NCBI GenBank assembly: GCA_964016885.1
Contig: OZ024742.1
Coordinates: forward strand, 200,260,001-200,324,000
Length of the DNA stretch: 64,000 nucleotides
From: Eledone cirrhosa
Taxonomy: Eukaryota
Direction of reading: 5' to 3'
Made by a program: the position numbers and the translations under genes. Numbering within the stretch: the first letter of the stretch is position 1; every line of letters starts with the position of its first letter. Positions 35,193-49,695 of this stretch are shown here, piece by piece. The notes beneath the pieces were generated by a model. That model was not told the origin of the DNA, ran no database searches, and was given only the letters and a program-made list of their open reading frames with translations.

Positions 35193-38100
35193 TTAGATGC
35201 AACATTTTTGGAATGTTTTACATATTTTTACTGTTCCATTAATGGATTGTACTTGTAATTTCCTAACTAGTTGTGTTCTTTCTGTTCCTGTGAAGCCTAG
35301 CTTCTCAAGATTTGTATTGAGGCAGTTACTAACATACCCCAGTGCCCCAATAATCACAGGTATAAATCTGAAGGTGTAATCAGGGTGGAGTATCTGCAGA
35401 TTTCTCATCAGTTCTGCATAAATATTCTCCTTTTCACTAATCTTTGATATTATATTGGCATCTGCTGTGCAGCTAATTTCCACTACTGTGCATGCTTTCT
35501 TCTCCCTGTCCCATATCATAATATCTGGCCTGTTATGCCTGGGTTTTTACTGGAACATTCCACCAGTACTCTTTCATATTATGTACATGGATGTCTTCCA
35601 CATTGTTGTAGCTTTTAATGTGTTTATTATCGGGGCTATCTTTTTTACGAACTGCATATTGTACAGTGTTTTGGCCACTACATCATGCCTCATAGGTAGA
35701 TAGTACTGCGATGACATCTTTGGACAGCTGCTGATGACATGGGTGATACCCTCGATGTTAGTCTGCAGAGTCTGCACTTGTTATCACATCTAGGTGTTTT
35801 GCCTGCATCCCTATCTCTTTTGTGAATCAGGTATTTCGTGTTAATCTCCTGTTCTTGGATTGCAAAAGCGTATCCTTCAAAGTGGGAGCCAATATAGCGG
35901 TTGTTGGTCCAAGATAGACTACTTTTCTTATCTATATTACTCTCACTCTGGAGCTTCGTGGCAACATATCCATGCATGATTTTTTGCTGATAAGTATGCA
36001 GTTTTTCATCAATGGATTCACTGCGATACTGCTGAGCGACTTCCCTGGGTGTGAGTTTTTGATCACACAGGGAATATCTCTCGAGGAGTTCCTTCCCAAC
36101 TCTCATGATCTTATCTGTTTCATGCAGATAGACTTACTCGAGAAACGGGCTCCTACGCTTCGAGGTTCGTATATGTTGGAGAGATATGATACGACATTTA
36201 AATGTTGTCTGGACTGATGTTAGGCCTCTGCCTCCCTGCTTAAGTTTCAAGTAAAGGCAGTCTATGTCATTGTTGATGTGGAAGTTTCCGGTGTTGTTTA
36301 GTATTTTTCGAGTTCCAACATCAACTGCTCGGATTTCGTCTATCGTCCAATTTAGTATTCCGAACATTGGTGTTAGGACAGGAACAGCAAACACATTGTG
36401 AGCCACTGTTTTGTTTTGCGCAGAGAGTTCCAATGACCAGATCTTTCTTAATCGGGTGTAGCATTCCCTGGTTACGCGTTCTTTATTACAAATACCATTA
36501 TAGGATATGTTCTCATCTATCCCCAGGTATTTGTAGCAGTCCTCATCAGATATCGGTGAAGCAGTTAGGCCATTGATGACAATGTTGCTAGATTGGGTTG
36601 TTGTTTTTCCCCGTTTTACAGTCATGTATAAGCATTTATCTTGGCCAAACTCCATTCCTTTATCCTTTGAGAACGTTGTAACCAGGTCAAGTTTTTTTTC
36701 ATCCCATCCATGTTCTTGGCATAGAGTTTCAGATCGTCCACAAAAAAATGATGGGTTAGGTTCGTATTTCTGTCCTCCTATGAGCCAATGATGTATCCCT
36801 CACATTTCTTGAGCAGAAAGGACAAGGGGTTTAATGACAAGATGAATAATTGTTTCTACTATTGGCACAAGGCCAGAAAATTACCCAGTACATTACTGGT
36901 ACTTTATTTTATCGACCCCGTAAGGATGAAAGGCAAAGTTAACCTCGGCGGGATTTGAACTCAGAATGGCAAGGGCCGTAACTCTATGCGTCAAAGCATG
37001 GCGTCCGAACCTCTACCGATACTGCCAATCCACCGCTTCTGACAAGATGAATAATATCACAGAGAAACTGTCCCCCTGAAATATACCCCTGCAATATTTT
37101 ATTTTATCAGTGAAAATAGAGTCCTCCTTCTCTGTCTTTAACCTTAGGATAGTAGCCCAAGAAGAAGACAGCCACTCTATGGCTCTGACAATAATGTCTG
37201 GGACTTTAGCAAGTTGGAGGGCCTCTATCATCCAAGAGTGGGGAACAGAATATTCCTCCTAAGCTGTCGCACCTCCGACATCGCAGTTTTGTTGATTAGG
37301 AGTTGTTCAGCATATCCCAAAATCCCTTTCTTTCCAGCTGCTTGTTCATCTATGATGATGTTATTATTTTCACAGTGATCTTGGAGGAATAGGTTCAGGC
37401 AGGCTGTATACATCTTATACATCAGGTTCTGGCATGCAATGGGTCGGTAGTTTTTTGCCAAGTGGGTGTCTTTGTTCTTGGGGACCAGTGATGTTTATGC
37501 TAATGTCAACCATTCTGATATAAGTGCATCTCCCTTAAGAACTTGTTGGTAGAGGTCAGTAAGATACCTCCGATAGAATATCAGTTTTGTGTACCAGTAG
37601 CCGACAATCTTGTCTCTTCCTGGTGTTTTCTTATCTTGGAGTTTTCCTATCACAGTCTCAAGCGTACCCTCACTTATTTCGTATGTTTTTGTTGTAGTGT
37701 AGGAGCAATAGTTCTTTCGGATTTCTCTTAGCCACACTGCATCTTGGTTGAAATTCTTCTTTTCACCCCATATTTTACTCCAAAAGGAATCTATGTCTTT
37801 CTCGGGATGGAGCCTCAGTGACACTTATTATTTTGCTATTCATATCTCTATAGACTGGTGTTTGGTTTCGTCTGAATCTTTTATTAAGCACTTTTCTCTC
37901 ATCTACCTTCTTCAGGTATCAGCGTTTTTCGCTAACAGCTCTCAATTCTTGTTTGAGGGTGTCCAGCTTATACTGGAGAGTTCTGGTTCTACTGTTACCA
38001 AACATCGTCTCTATTTTATTTTTCACTCTTTGTTGGCGAGGAGTGAGGTTTTTTTCTGTTTGTTTGCATGTAAGGAGCATTGTCACATGTCCTGTTTTTT

Positions 38101-38420
38101 CGTAGATCAGCAATCTTTTTTTCTATTTTAGTTATATATGATGGTATTTTTGGTGGGGTTCTGTTCTTGTTAATATGTCTGCTATTACCAAGATAATGCT
38201 TCACTGTCGTTGCTAAGGCATATAAACAGGCGTTGATTTGCCAAAATGTTGGGGTTTTTATCCGTCGTAAATATTCATCCCATATTTCGTCAATAACACG
38301 TAATATTTCATTATATGTTTTTTTTCTATGAAACATTGTCGTTTTAATACGTTCAGCAAGAGAGATATTTATACATGAATTAATTTCTCTCTGGAAGATT
38401 TCGTTGAGGGAAAATAATAT
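35193..38420 (-). mobile_element. Decayed R4/Dong-like non-LTR retrotransposon (RT + CCHC + restriction-like endonuclease)
   Basis: NYRPIAC, GIFQGDS, YKYLG, CRLC...SSCP...RHDVVAK, PDIMIWD...VVEISC...FIPVIIGALG; several stops and frameshifts. Confidence 0.85.
36851..37039 (-). mobile_element. Young SINE inserted in the R4-like RT
   Basis: Perfect 16-bp TSD TGACAAGATGAATAAT at 36835-36850 and 37040-37055. Confidence 0.92.
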
Positions 38421-38442
38421 GAATGTATGTATGTATGTATGT

Positions 38443-38990
38443 ATATGAGGGAAAAGTTGCCTTTGAGGCATCTCGAATCGCATACGAGAAAGTAAAGCGG
38501 GATGTAAGGAAGGGCATTGCTGTTGCACTTCCAGACGGCGAGGGTCCTCCTATGGTGCTGACATGCAGCGTCTGTGCGAGGCTCTGCTTAAGCAAAGCTG
38601 GACTCGAAAGTCATCTTCGCAGTCATAAAGTAAGACCAGTGGTTGACTACCAGGCTGCTGTTGGAGATGCTACTCATCATGCTTGCCAAGCATGTGGTAG
38701 AGAATGTAAATCAGCAGGAGGGCTCAAGCGACATGCAAAAGTACACGAACTCCAACCACAGCCGGCTATTCCCAGTGAATGTTTTGGTTGCCGACTCTGT
38801 GCAAGACATTTTAGATCATTGGCTGGGCTAAAAAGCCACATTCGATCGCAGCGCTGTTAGTTGCTATCGTGTGTGTGTGTATAGATATGTTTATGTGTGC
38901 GTATATATATATATATATATATGTATATTATTATTGTTGTTGTTGTCCTTATTATTATTGTTGTTATTATTATTATTATTGTTATTAATA
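38443..38990 (+). mobile_element. 5'-truncated near-identical copy of the RTE LINE (zinc-finger region + part of 3' UTR)
   Basis: Nearly identical to 18355-18990; ORF 38423-38860 repeats the three fingers. Confidence 0.92.
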
Positions 38991-40410
38991 TATATATATA
39001 TATATATATATTAGAAATTATAAGCTTTCACCGTATTTTAGACTAAAGAAATTTCTAGCCTGATAGTGGGGTTTATAACCCTCGGAGAAATGGAAAAAGA
39101 TGAGTGTTGCCGTACATGGGTCTCAGTATAACAATCATCATCAACAATATATTTATATATGAACATAAGAGCATGTAATGTTCTCTAGAACACTCACTAA
39201 GTGGTAGACAATGTACACTCAAACTAAGCCAGTGGACACTTACTCTCAACAGCCAGGAAAGGATATAGTAGTCACTAAACTAATAATCTATGGTCAGGCA
39301 AGAGAAAGCAGCAGACTAGTGAACCAAACTATAAACAAGCCAGCGTGAAGTAGACAATTTTTTTACTGGCCACATTGAAGGACATAGCATATTTAACAAA
39401 ACCTCTGTAGACAGAATGAACACTACACTAATATTCTACAGCCATGCAGAGGAATGTAGCAGGGAGCAGAATTTATGAATCCTCTACTTAGCAAGCCAGC
39501 TATAACCAAGCCACTGGGAGGAAGACAATCTTTCAATGGACATATTGGAGGACATCGCCTATTTAATAAAACCTCTGCAGATATGCAGGGGATGTTATTT
39601 AATGAACCCTCAATGACTATGTCAGTGGATATAACAACACTTTGCAGCCATGCCTTGTGATGAAAGATACTTAATGAACATTACAATTATGACAGAAGAC
39701 TAAAGGATCTTTAATGAACACTCTACAGCCACACCATAAAACAAAGACATTTAACTAACCGTAGACTGCAGTCAACTTAAACCCCTACAGCAATGCAGGA
39801 TGGCATAGGCAACTTAATGAATACAAGCTTCACATAAGAACATGCTATACTTAATGAATGATGTATAGCTTCTTTGTCAGGGGATGTTGGCTTATTAAAC
39901 AGTCTCTGTGGCCACACTAGTGACATCAGTTATTTAACCAACCTTCTGGCTGATACTGAAATGTTACAGATCACACTTAAGTAGCTTTATCTGGCTTCCT
40001 ATGAGGTTTTTTGGGGTGCTTTAATGATAAGGGCTCCAATCCTACCATGAAAAGCAGCATGAAATGAAGTGTTTTGCTCAAAAATACATGCCACCTGCTG
40101 TAGGAATCGAATCCATGACACTAATGTGGTTGACGTTAAGAAAAGCATCCAGCTGTAGAAACCAAGTCAATCATCTGATCTGACTTGTCTCACAAGGGCA
40201 GAACCTGTCTACTCCATGCTTGCATAGAAAATGGATGTTGAATGGTGAATGAATTCAGGGCTTCATAACGACCAGTTAACTTTGTGCAGCCTTACCTAGG
40301 GATGTATGCCACATAATACAAATGGATGTAGGCTACTAAAAGGATGCTCTATGTCCGAGCTATAGGATGTAGGTCCATTCTAGTTGAGCCAGAGGAGGTA
40401 TGTCACTTAA

Positions 40411-40636
40411 CCATTTTGATACTAAACCCGAGCCCTCCCCTGGTTCTGATTCAAAACTGCTTCAAAGTGTTTATATTTATGTAAGATTTCATCATAATTC
40501 TCTATAAGAACCTTTAAGTTATACTCCAAATACCAGCTTAATAATGAGAAAGTTATATTTTTGATGGCTTTAATTAATTAGTTTCAAAATTAATTGAAAA
40601 TCATGTATTTTATTAGAAATATGGTATTGAAAAGGG
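40411..40636. mobile_element. piggyBac MITE
   Basis: TTAA flanks, degenerate TIRs, internal similarity to 51040-51173. Confidence 0.6.
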
Positions 40637-42530
40637 TTAATGGACCTTTTAAAGCCAAGCCAGAGGATACTGGTTACATTAATGACTTCTGTGGCTAAAA
40701 CATGGTACATAAGTCACTTAAAGAACCCTCTATTGGGAGACATTGATCCATTAGAGAACCTACTACCAGCTGTGAAACAAACCATTTAAAAAATGCTGTG
40801 ATTAGGGGATGGAGACCACCCTATATCCATACCTAGGAACATGGGCGATGATTAGGGCAGATGCAGGTCACTTCACCTTTTAGCATTTAAACCAGCCAGA
40901 ATTCTCTCACCTCTTTCTGTCCATACTGGCTATAATTAGTCACTCATACTGAATTGAAGGTATTGTTCTCAAAATAAATATCAAAATTTCATAGATTTGA
41001 TATTATGTGAGATAATTATGAGATAAACCCTTTACTGCGAAAATACAATAGTAATGTAAATGCTAGTGTTAATAAACACTCTGCAACCACATAATGAATA
41101 TTAATGGCTGAGCCAGTGAATCCAGGATATTTATGAAACAATCTATTGAGTGACATAGCCCATAATAGAGCCTAGTGTCATATATATATTTCTGATATAT
41201 GCATATATCTGTCATCATTGTTTAACATCTTTTATCCACACCTGCATGGGTTAGACAAATTGTCACTTACTGAAGCTAGAATGGTCAGATTCCCATGTCT
41301 TGCTAGTATGTTGTTTTGGGCTTGTTTACATCTGGAGGCTCTTCCTAATGCCAACTACTTTACAGCATGTACTGGGAGCATTTTATCCTGACTCTTGTAC
41401 TACCACTTACCAGGGTGGAGTGAGTGTTTTTTTGTTGTGGCACAAACACTATTTCCACTGTCAGGTAGAGGGAGTGAAGGGAGAATTACCCCTCTTGTTC
41501 CTATTTCAATTAGTTAATGAAAACTTTTGAAGCGTTTACCAAAGTTATTATTTTGTGATTAGATAGTGACTTAACATATAGTTCTTATATGGGTACAAGC
41601 CGAAGCTGAAGCATATAGACAATATGCCCCCCCCCCCCACCCCACCGCAAAGTGGTCGTGGAGGTGTCATGACAAAAAAGCACCCAGCCCACACTGTAAA
41701 GTGGTTGTGTAGGCACCATGGTAAAAAAGCACCCAATACTCACAGTAAATGAGGTTGGTGTAGAAATCAGTTCCTGTATGAGCAAGACATGGTCACCCGA
41801 CATGGCATTGCCCTCAAATTCTTGATAATATTCAAAATTATTTGAAAATCATTATCGGTGTCTTTCTTTAGAAATATGGTAACAAAAGGGTTAAAAATTG
41901 AAACCAATGAAGGAGTAAAAATTTTGTAAAAGCAACGTTTTTTTTATATTTATTTTTCTATAACCATATGAATATTGTCTCTTTTTGTCAATTTTTACAT
42001 AATTTATTTTGCAACAACTAAAAAAATTTCATTTTCTGTTGAAGAGCCAAAATAGAAGTTAGTTTTTTTAAGGTTATTATTTTTGTTGAAAAGTGTAAAT
42101 ACTGTATATACTCTCACATAAGTCAAACTGGTAGATATGTTGCACCCCGCTTTGTGTTTACAATATTTTGGCTCAATTGTTTAATATTTCAAGCCCAGTG
42201 CAAGGGTTGGTGGAAAAGTCACATAAGGCCTTTTGCTCTTGATTACTATTTTTTTTTTTTTAAAAGAAAAAGTAATCTCTAAGTATATATATATATAATA
42301 TATATGTATAAATATATACCATACACATGTATATATATATATATATAAATATATACCATATACATTCAAATATAAGTTGCACCACCTCTGAGTTTATAAT
42401 ACTTTGATTTCATTATTTAATATTTCAAATTCAGAATAAGGTTTGGTAGATAAGAAGCATGTGGTTTTTGTGTATATTTTTTTTCATTAAAAAATTGACT
42501 TATCTATGAATGTATATGATATATATATGA

Positions 42531-42562
<32 letters not shown>

Positions 42563-42775
42563 TATATTTCAAAGTATGTTTTTGCTATCAAGCAAAGAAT
42601 CACAAAGCATAAATTATCACAATAAAATAGCTGTGAGTAAATCAGCAATCATCCACTTTTTCCATCCATCTCAAACAGTTGTACCCATGATTTATTCGCA
42701 AATAATGGTTCTTTGCTTGATAATAAAAACATACTTTGAAATTTCCATCTCCTATGTTTCATAGACTTTCTATTG

Positions 42776-42811
<36 letters not shown>

Positions 42812-43072
42812 CTTAATGAGCTATTGATTCCAGAGTCAGGCCCAATCAGTACAGATCGAACCCTGAGCTGATAAATCGTGAAATGTACATCACACCTGAA
42901 TAAACTGTGATGATATTCTGACCCCTTGTTCTTACTAATTATTAATTATACATATATACACACACATATAAGTGTATATATATGTGTGTGAATATATATA
43001 TATATATACACACATATATATTCATATATAAGTTGACTTATCTACAAGTATATACAGTGTTTATATTCTTCA

Positions 43073-43413
43073 TTATTTCTGTTCCTTCTTCTTTTGAAAA
43101 GGTTTCTTCTTGTAACTCTTGAATTTCTTTATTTTCCCAATCTTCTTTTTCTTTGTCTTACTATTGTTATTACTTCTCTTTGGTTTGTTGTCATCGTTGT
43201 TACTTCTCTTTGTCTCACTGCTGTTGTTCTTACTTTTTTTGCCCTTTTTGTAGTTACTTCCTTCAAACTTACGCTTTGTCCCTCTTGCCTGGGAAGAACT
43301 GTTGGAGTTAGCATTTGTGGGCTTAGTTTTGTTGACCTTATCAGTACCATTAACCTGTTTGGTAGTGGTTCCTGGTTTTGATTCTTCAGTAGCAGAAGGA
43401 TCCTCTTTCTTTA
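43073..43413 (-). CDS. NOP2: NOP2 last coding exon, lysine-rich C-terminal tail (VKKEDPSAT...KKKEQK*)
   Basis: Poly-T cttacag acceptor, phase 1 matches the previous exon; basic low-complexity tail as in nucleolar proteins. Confidence 0.8.
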
Positions 43414-44399
43414 CTGTAAGAAAAAAAAAAAAATCATATTTATCCTCATCATTGTTTAACATCTGCTTTCCCTACTAGCAAGGGCTGGTGTTTATATTGT
43501 GCTAATGAACACCCGGCCAACAGCATACAATGTGATCTGGCATATCCCTATGTTCCCCTTCTCCATTCTACAAACACTCCTTAGCAACCATCCTCACAAT
43601 TAATAAGAGTGACCTGTAAATTTATAAGTGTTCTCTTGGATCCCAAATAGGGGCATTGAAATAAGCAGGGAGATTAGAAAATCGGTAATTTTTCTAGGTT
43701 GTCTCTTTTGATTTTATTTAAAAACCAGAATTAGTCATTTAATTTACATATTGAAAACCCCCAACCATCCTATATATTTCATAGCAAATGGGATTTCTAG
43801 CAATGTACTTTTTTGTCATGTATAATGTTTTTTAGTGTATACAGAAAATTAATTGTCGCAGGAATGTTACCACTTAAGACAGAATTCCACCAGAGATAGG
43901 TTAGCAAAATGTAATAAGCAGAGGGTGGGTTGGGCATGGAAAAAATCTGAAAAATTAATAAGCAGGAAGAAGAGGAGGGGGGAATTATTCGAGACCTGAG
44001 AGTATGTATGTAAATGTATATATATATGTGTATATGCTTTTGTGTAAATATATGTTGGCGTTTGTTTTTCAAGATGGCTAACAAATAACAATATTTGCTT
44101 TCATTCCTCTCTAACATTCACATTTTCTTTTTGTTTTTCTTTCTCTTGTCGATCTTCCTATTTCTTCTCTCCCCAAAACATCTCTTTTCTCCTTCATTCT
44201 ATCATCCAATGAAGGACTAGCATCATAAATGTTAAGACTCTTTTCCACGAATATCAAGCATTGAACTAATATATCATCACTGTATTTTATTCTTTTCCTT
44301 GTATTATCTCACATACATATGTATGTGTTGTGAAATACATTTTACTGAATATTTCACGAGTGAAGGGAAGGCAGAAGGCTGTATTAAGTGCAACAATTT

Positions 44400-44870
44400 G
44401 AGGAGCTGGTGCAGCAATCAGTAATCAGTAATCAGAAGGGAGGTAGGTGTAAAAGCCAGACTTGCTATCTTCAATTCTGTATTCGTGCCAACCCTTACTT
44501 ATGGTACTGAATCTTGGGTTATCACTGAAAAGATATGATTGTGAATACAAGCGGCTGAAATAGGGTTCTTCCAAAGGGTCTTTGGAGTAACATTACTCGA
44601 TAGTGTGTGTAGCTTGGAGATCAGAGTCACTACTCCGAATTGAGAGATCACAGCTCCAATACTATGGCAATGTGGTTAAAATGTCTCAAGAAAGAATTGC
44701 TGGACAGATTTTCCAGGCAAAAACAACTGGCAGGAGACCCAGGGGTAGATCTTGAGCAAGATGGTTGGATATTATCCATGAACGTGGCAGGTCTCGCTTG
44801 TAGATCCAGTTGTTTCTGACAAGACCCGCTGGAAGCTATAATTGAGGACTTTGCCCCCATGACAAGAAGA
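44400..44870 (+). pseudogene. Degenerate RTE C-terminal fragment
   Basis: PTLTYGTESW..IQAAEIGF, QLQYYGNV, GRPRGR remnants. Confidence 0.65.
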
Positions 44871-46185
44871 CGAAGAATTGAAACACATTGGCAGTGTATT
44901 TCATAAGGAATATAGTAACATGGGTTAATGAGAAAAACCTTAGTCTCATCATGACCCCCCCCCCCCCCCCCCTGAAATAAGGTTCCTTGCAAATGTGCTG
45001 TCCACTTCAGGAATGAAACACACAGCCATATGATTGTGATTCTAACATACTAACCACTAAGCAACACACTTTTACATATACTTACACTTACACAGAAATG
45101 TATGCAGGTGTGTTCAAAGTTAATGGATTGTAAAACAAGGTAGCTGTCTCAATGGGAATAAATCACTGCCACAATAATGGCATTACAACAAGAGTGACAG
45201 TAATAATAACAACCATGGTGATTCTAGCAGCACTAAGAGTGTTAGTAACGAGATTAACTACAATAATGACCTTAACAACAGTAACAACATCAACCTATAG
45301 AATTAGAGAAACAAGAGTGTGCTGGAAGCTAAGACATGGTTTTTAAATGTTGCTAAACTTAACTAATGGTAATGTTGGTGGTGGTAGGAGTGAGTGCCTG
45401 GTCATCCACTGATACACCATCATGTTCTCACTGAATAGAATACATGCTCAAACTGTCAACCACCACCACCACCACCACCACCACCACAGTCGTGACATCA
45501 CAGCATGGTATCTCTGTTTGGATGTTCAGCTGCCCCCTACCACATACCCCCACCTCCACCACCACCAACATCATCACTACTGATGATACCACCACTATCA
45601 CAAACCAACTTCAACACCACCACCACAAACCAACTTCATCATCACTGACCACCTCCTCCTTCACCATTAAGTAGCCATTCCTTGCAGGGATCACCCAGCT
45701 GCTTATGTCCAGCCACAGCTCAATGGAACTGACCAGGCGTGCTGGGAGTTAAACAACACTGAATGGTCAGTCTTGTGTCTTTGACAATACAAATGGACAA
45801 CTCAGTCTTGAGGCTGACTGAATCTTAAATTAAAATGATATTCAAAACTGAACAATGTTGCAAAATGTCCTCTGTTGGATAATTACACGTGAGAGAAAGA
45901 GAGAGGGTGGTGGTGGTGAAGTTGGCAATGGTGGCAAAGGCGGTGGTGGTGATGAAGTTGATGTTATAGGTTAGTGGTGTCGTTGGTTTAGTTCATAGAT
46001 GGTGGTAGCAGTGAAGTTGGCAATAATGGCAGAGGTGGTGGTGGCAGTGGTAAAGATGGTGGTGGTGTGTGGGGGTTAGTGAAGTTCATGGTAGTGGCAA
46101 CGGTGATGGTTTATGGTAGAGGGGAGGGATATATCCAATTAATGTACATTCCCTTTAGCACCAAATGGATGAACATTATATTTAA

Positions 46186-46372
46186 GGTGGATTGGCAGTA
46201 TTGGTAGAGGGTTGGACGCCATGCTTTGCAGCAAAGAGTTACGGCCCTTTATGGTCTGAGTTCAAATCCCGCTGAGGTTAACTTTGCCTTTCATCCTTTG
46301 GGGGTCGATAAAATAAAGTACCAGTAATACACTGGGATAATTGCTGGCCTTGTGCCAAAAGTAGAAACAATT
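46186..46372 (+). mobile_element. tRNA-derived SINE
   Basis: Full copy. Confidence 0.85.
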
Positions 46373-46527
46373 ATATTTAATTTAATTATCAGTAATGTAT
46401 AGGGGTGTGTGTGTATACACACTAAATCATAATGATGATATGCACACACGAATGTACATATGTTTGTTTATATATATATTACACCGACACACACATATGT
46501 GTGTGTCTAAATAAATATATATGTAAA

Positions 46528-46963
46528 GGTGCATGGCTTAGTGGTTAGAGCATTGGGCTTGCAATCGAAAGGTTGTGAATTCAATACTCGGACTGGGTGA
46601 TGTGTTGTTTCCCTCAGCAAGACACTTTATTTCACATTGCTCCAGTTTACTCAGCTATAGAAATGAGATGATAGGACTGGGGTCCCTATCATTACACTGC
46701 AAAGTGGTCATGGAGGTGCCACGGCAAAATAAGCACCCAGCCCACACTGTAAAGTGGACGTGTAGGCGCCACCAAAAAAAAGCACCCAACACTCACTGTA
46801 AATGGGGTTGGTGTTAGGAAGGGCATCCAGCGGTAGAAATCAAGCCAGAATCAGTTCCCGTATGAGCAAGACAAGGTCAGCTGACCGGACACTGCTCACA
46901 ATAGGACAACCTGTCTAAGCCATGCTAGCGTGGAAGAACGGACGTAAAACGGTGAATGAACGA
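46528..46963 (+). mobile_element. Second tRNA-derived SINE family with RTE-type 3' tail
   Basis: ggtgcatggcttagtggttagagc A box, B-box-like gaattcaatact, agcaagacactttatttcac core; tail shared with the (GAT)n RTE. Confidence 0.75.
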
Positions 46964-47358
46964 CAGTCGATTGACTTTCATCAAATCCGACCAGGGAAAC
47001 AATGTCCCCAATTGTCTTTCCAATTGCTAATACTATCTAATAGTATCTTTCCAATTGCTAATACTGTCTAACGCATGCTAGCGTGGAAGATGGACGTTAA
47101 ACGATGATGATGATCTATCGGTCGCAACTCCAGGTAGAAGGAGCAACGTAAAATAAAGTGTCTTGTTCAAGGACATAACGCATCGCCTGATCCGGGAATC
47201 AAACTCACAACCTCACGATTGCGAATCCAATTCTCTAACCACTCAGACATATATGTGGGCATCCCAAATATAGAAAACCAAATAAAACAGTTATTTTCTG
47301 GATTTGAAATTCCTACATTTTCAAGTTTCAAATCACCCAGCACTTCAATAATTCATAA

Positions 47359-47398
<40 letters not shown>

Positions 47399-47649
47399 TG
47401 CACAACAAAAGGCACCCAGTCCACACTGTAAATGTGGTTGGTGTTAGGAAGGGCATCCGGCCGTAGAAAACCTGCCAGAAACAGTTCTGTATGCGCAAGA
47501 CATAGTCTCCCGACCAATCTTGCCACAAGTGGGACAAAACTATCCAACCCATGCTATATATATATATATATATATAGCTAGCTTCTTATATATTTATATA
47601 TATATATATAAGGTAGCTTGGAAGTGTCACTACGAGAGACTATTAAAAG

Positions 47650-49695
47650 GAGAATAAATGGGAAAAAGATAGTCTGGACCAGCGGTGCAAGTTAAAGGTA
47701 GTATAATAAGTAAGGCAATCAAAGATATGAAAGCAGGCAAGACAGCTTGGCCTTCGGAGATAGTTGCTGAGATGTTGAAAGCATCTGGAATGGTGGGATA
47801 TACTATGGTCACCCGTATAGTAAACCAAGTAATACAGAATGGGGTCATACCAAAAGACTGGCGTAGCAACATCATCATTAATTGCTACAAGGGTAAAGGG
47901 GATGCTCTAGATAGGGGAAACTATAGGGGCATTAAGTTAGTTGACCAGGTCATGAAGGTCACAGAAAAAGTTATAGAACAACTAATCAGAGAGCGAATTG
48001 ATCTAGATGAAATGCAGTTTGGGTTTGTGTCAGGTACCACAGATGCTAGTACCTAGCTAAAAGTAAACCCCTCTACTTAGCTTTTGTAGACCTGGAGAAA
48101 GCCTTTGACAGAGTCCCCCCGCTCCATTATCTGGTGGGCTCTTAGAAAACTAGGTGTTGATGAATGGCTTGTGAGAGTTATACAATCCATGTATAAAGAA
48201 ACAGTCAGTAAGGTTAGAATTAACAACGAATATAGTGAAGAATTTAGTGTAAAAGTTGGTGTTCATCAAGACTGTCCTTAGACCCCTCCTATTTATTATT
48301 GCCCTTCAGGCTATAACAGAGGAGTTCAAGACCAGCTGCCCATGGGAACTCCTATACGCAGATGATCTAACTCTCATAGCTGAATCTATGGCTGAGCTAG
48401 AAGAAATTCCAAACATGGAAGCATGACCTAGAATCAAAAAGCCTTAAAGTTAACTTGTCTAAGACTAAAATTCTAGTTTGTAGAAAGGAAAATACGGCAC
48501 CGGTGCCCTCTGGGAAATGGCCATACTCAGTGTGTAGGAAAGGAGTAGGTAGAAATTCCATTTTATGTCCCAAATGCAAACTATGGGTACATAAAAGATG
48601 TAGTGGGATCACAGGTAAACTATCTAAGAATGTAGATTTTATATGTGGCCGATGCTCAGGTGCCCACATGATACTAGCTCCTTCTATTGCCCAGATGGTT
48701 CTATAGAAATAGTAGACACTTTCCGTTACCTGGGTGACGAAATCAGCAGTGGTGGAGGGTGCTCTAAAAGTACAGTAGCCTGAGTCAGAACGGGATGGAA
48801 AAAGTTTAGAGCTTATATCGCTGTTGGCCACAAAATGTTTCTCTCTAAAAATGAAAGGCAGATTGTATGATGCCTGTAGACGAACAGCAATGCTACATGG
48901 CAGTGAGACATGGGCATTGTGTGCAGAGGACCTGCGCAGACTGGAAAGGAATGAAGCATGCATGCTCCGTTGGATGTGTAATTGTAATATACGTGAACGG
49001 CAAAGCATAAATGAACTAAGTGAGAAATTAGGAATAAGTGGGATCAGATGCTGTTTACTTGAGAGAAGACTACGCTGGTATGGTCACGTGATGCGCATGA
49101 AAGATGACAGCTATATAAAAAAGTGCAGGACGATCAAAATTGATGAAAGTTACAGAGTAGGTAGACCCAGAAAAATCGGGGACGATTTGATAAATTCTGA
49201 CCTTACACACTTGCACCTCTCTAAGACAATGTCACAGGACTGAGATCTTTGGCGCCACGCAGTAATACAGAAGTCCCGCCTTGCCTATGTACAAAGCGAA
49301 ACCTACAGTCAGTAGACACCTCTTAACCAAATATACACCCCAATCCACTACCCCTACTCCATCCTCCCACTCCCACCAACACCACCCCCTCTCTGTAAAG
49401 TTGGTACCACAACATCCAGTCCAAATAAATGAGATAATGAGATCGAGATTGTGTAGGTATCACGACAAAAAAACACAGTCCACGCTGTAATGTGGCCGTG
49501 TAGGTAACACGGTACAAAGTTCCCAGTCCACACTGTAAATGTGGTTGGTATTAGGAAGAGCACCCAGCCGTAGAAAACCTGCCAGAGTCCTATATGAGCG
49601 AGACACAGTCACCCGACCAACCTTGCCTCAAATTGGGACAACTCCCGTCTAACCCATGCTAGCGTGGAAGATGGATGTTTGATGATGATGATGAT
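47650..49695 (+). mobile_element. Decayed 5'-truncated RTE-like LINE of a second family, (GAT)n tail
   Basis: NYRGIKL, DLEKAFD, LLYADDL, HGSETW, RRLRWYGHV, GRPRK with frameshifts; tail catgctagcgtggaagatgg..(gat)n. Confidence 0.88.

Noticed and set aside
44195-44245. Hammerhead-like relic (ccaatgaagg...aaatgttaagact)
   Set aside because: Core too degenerate to support
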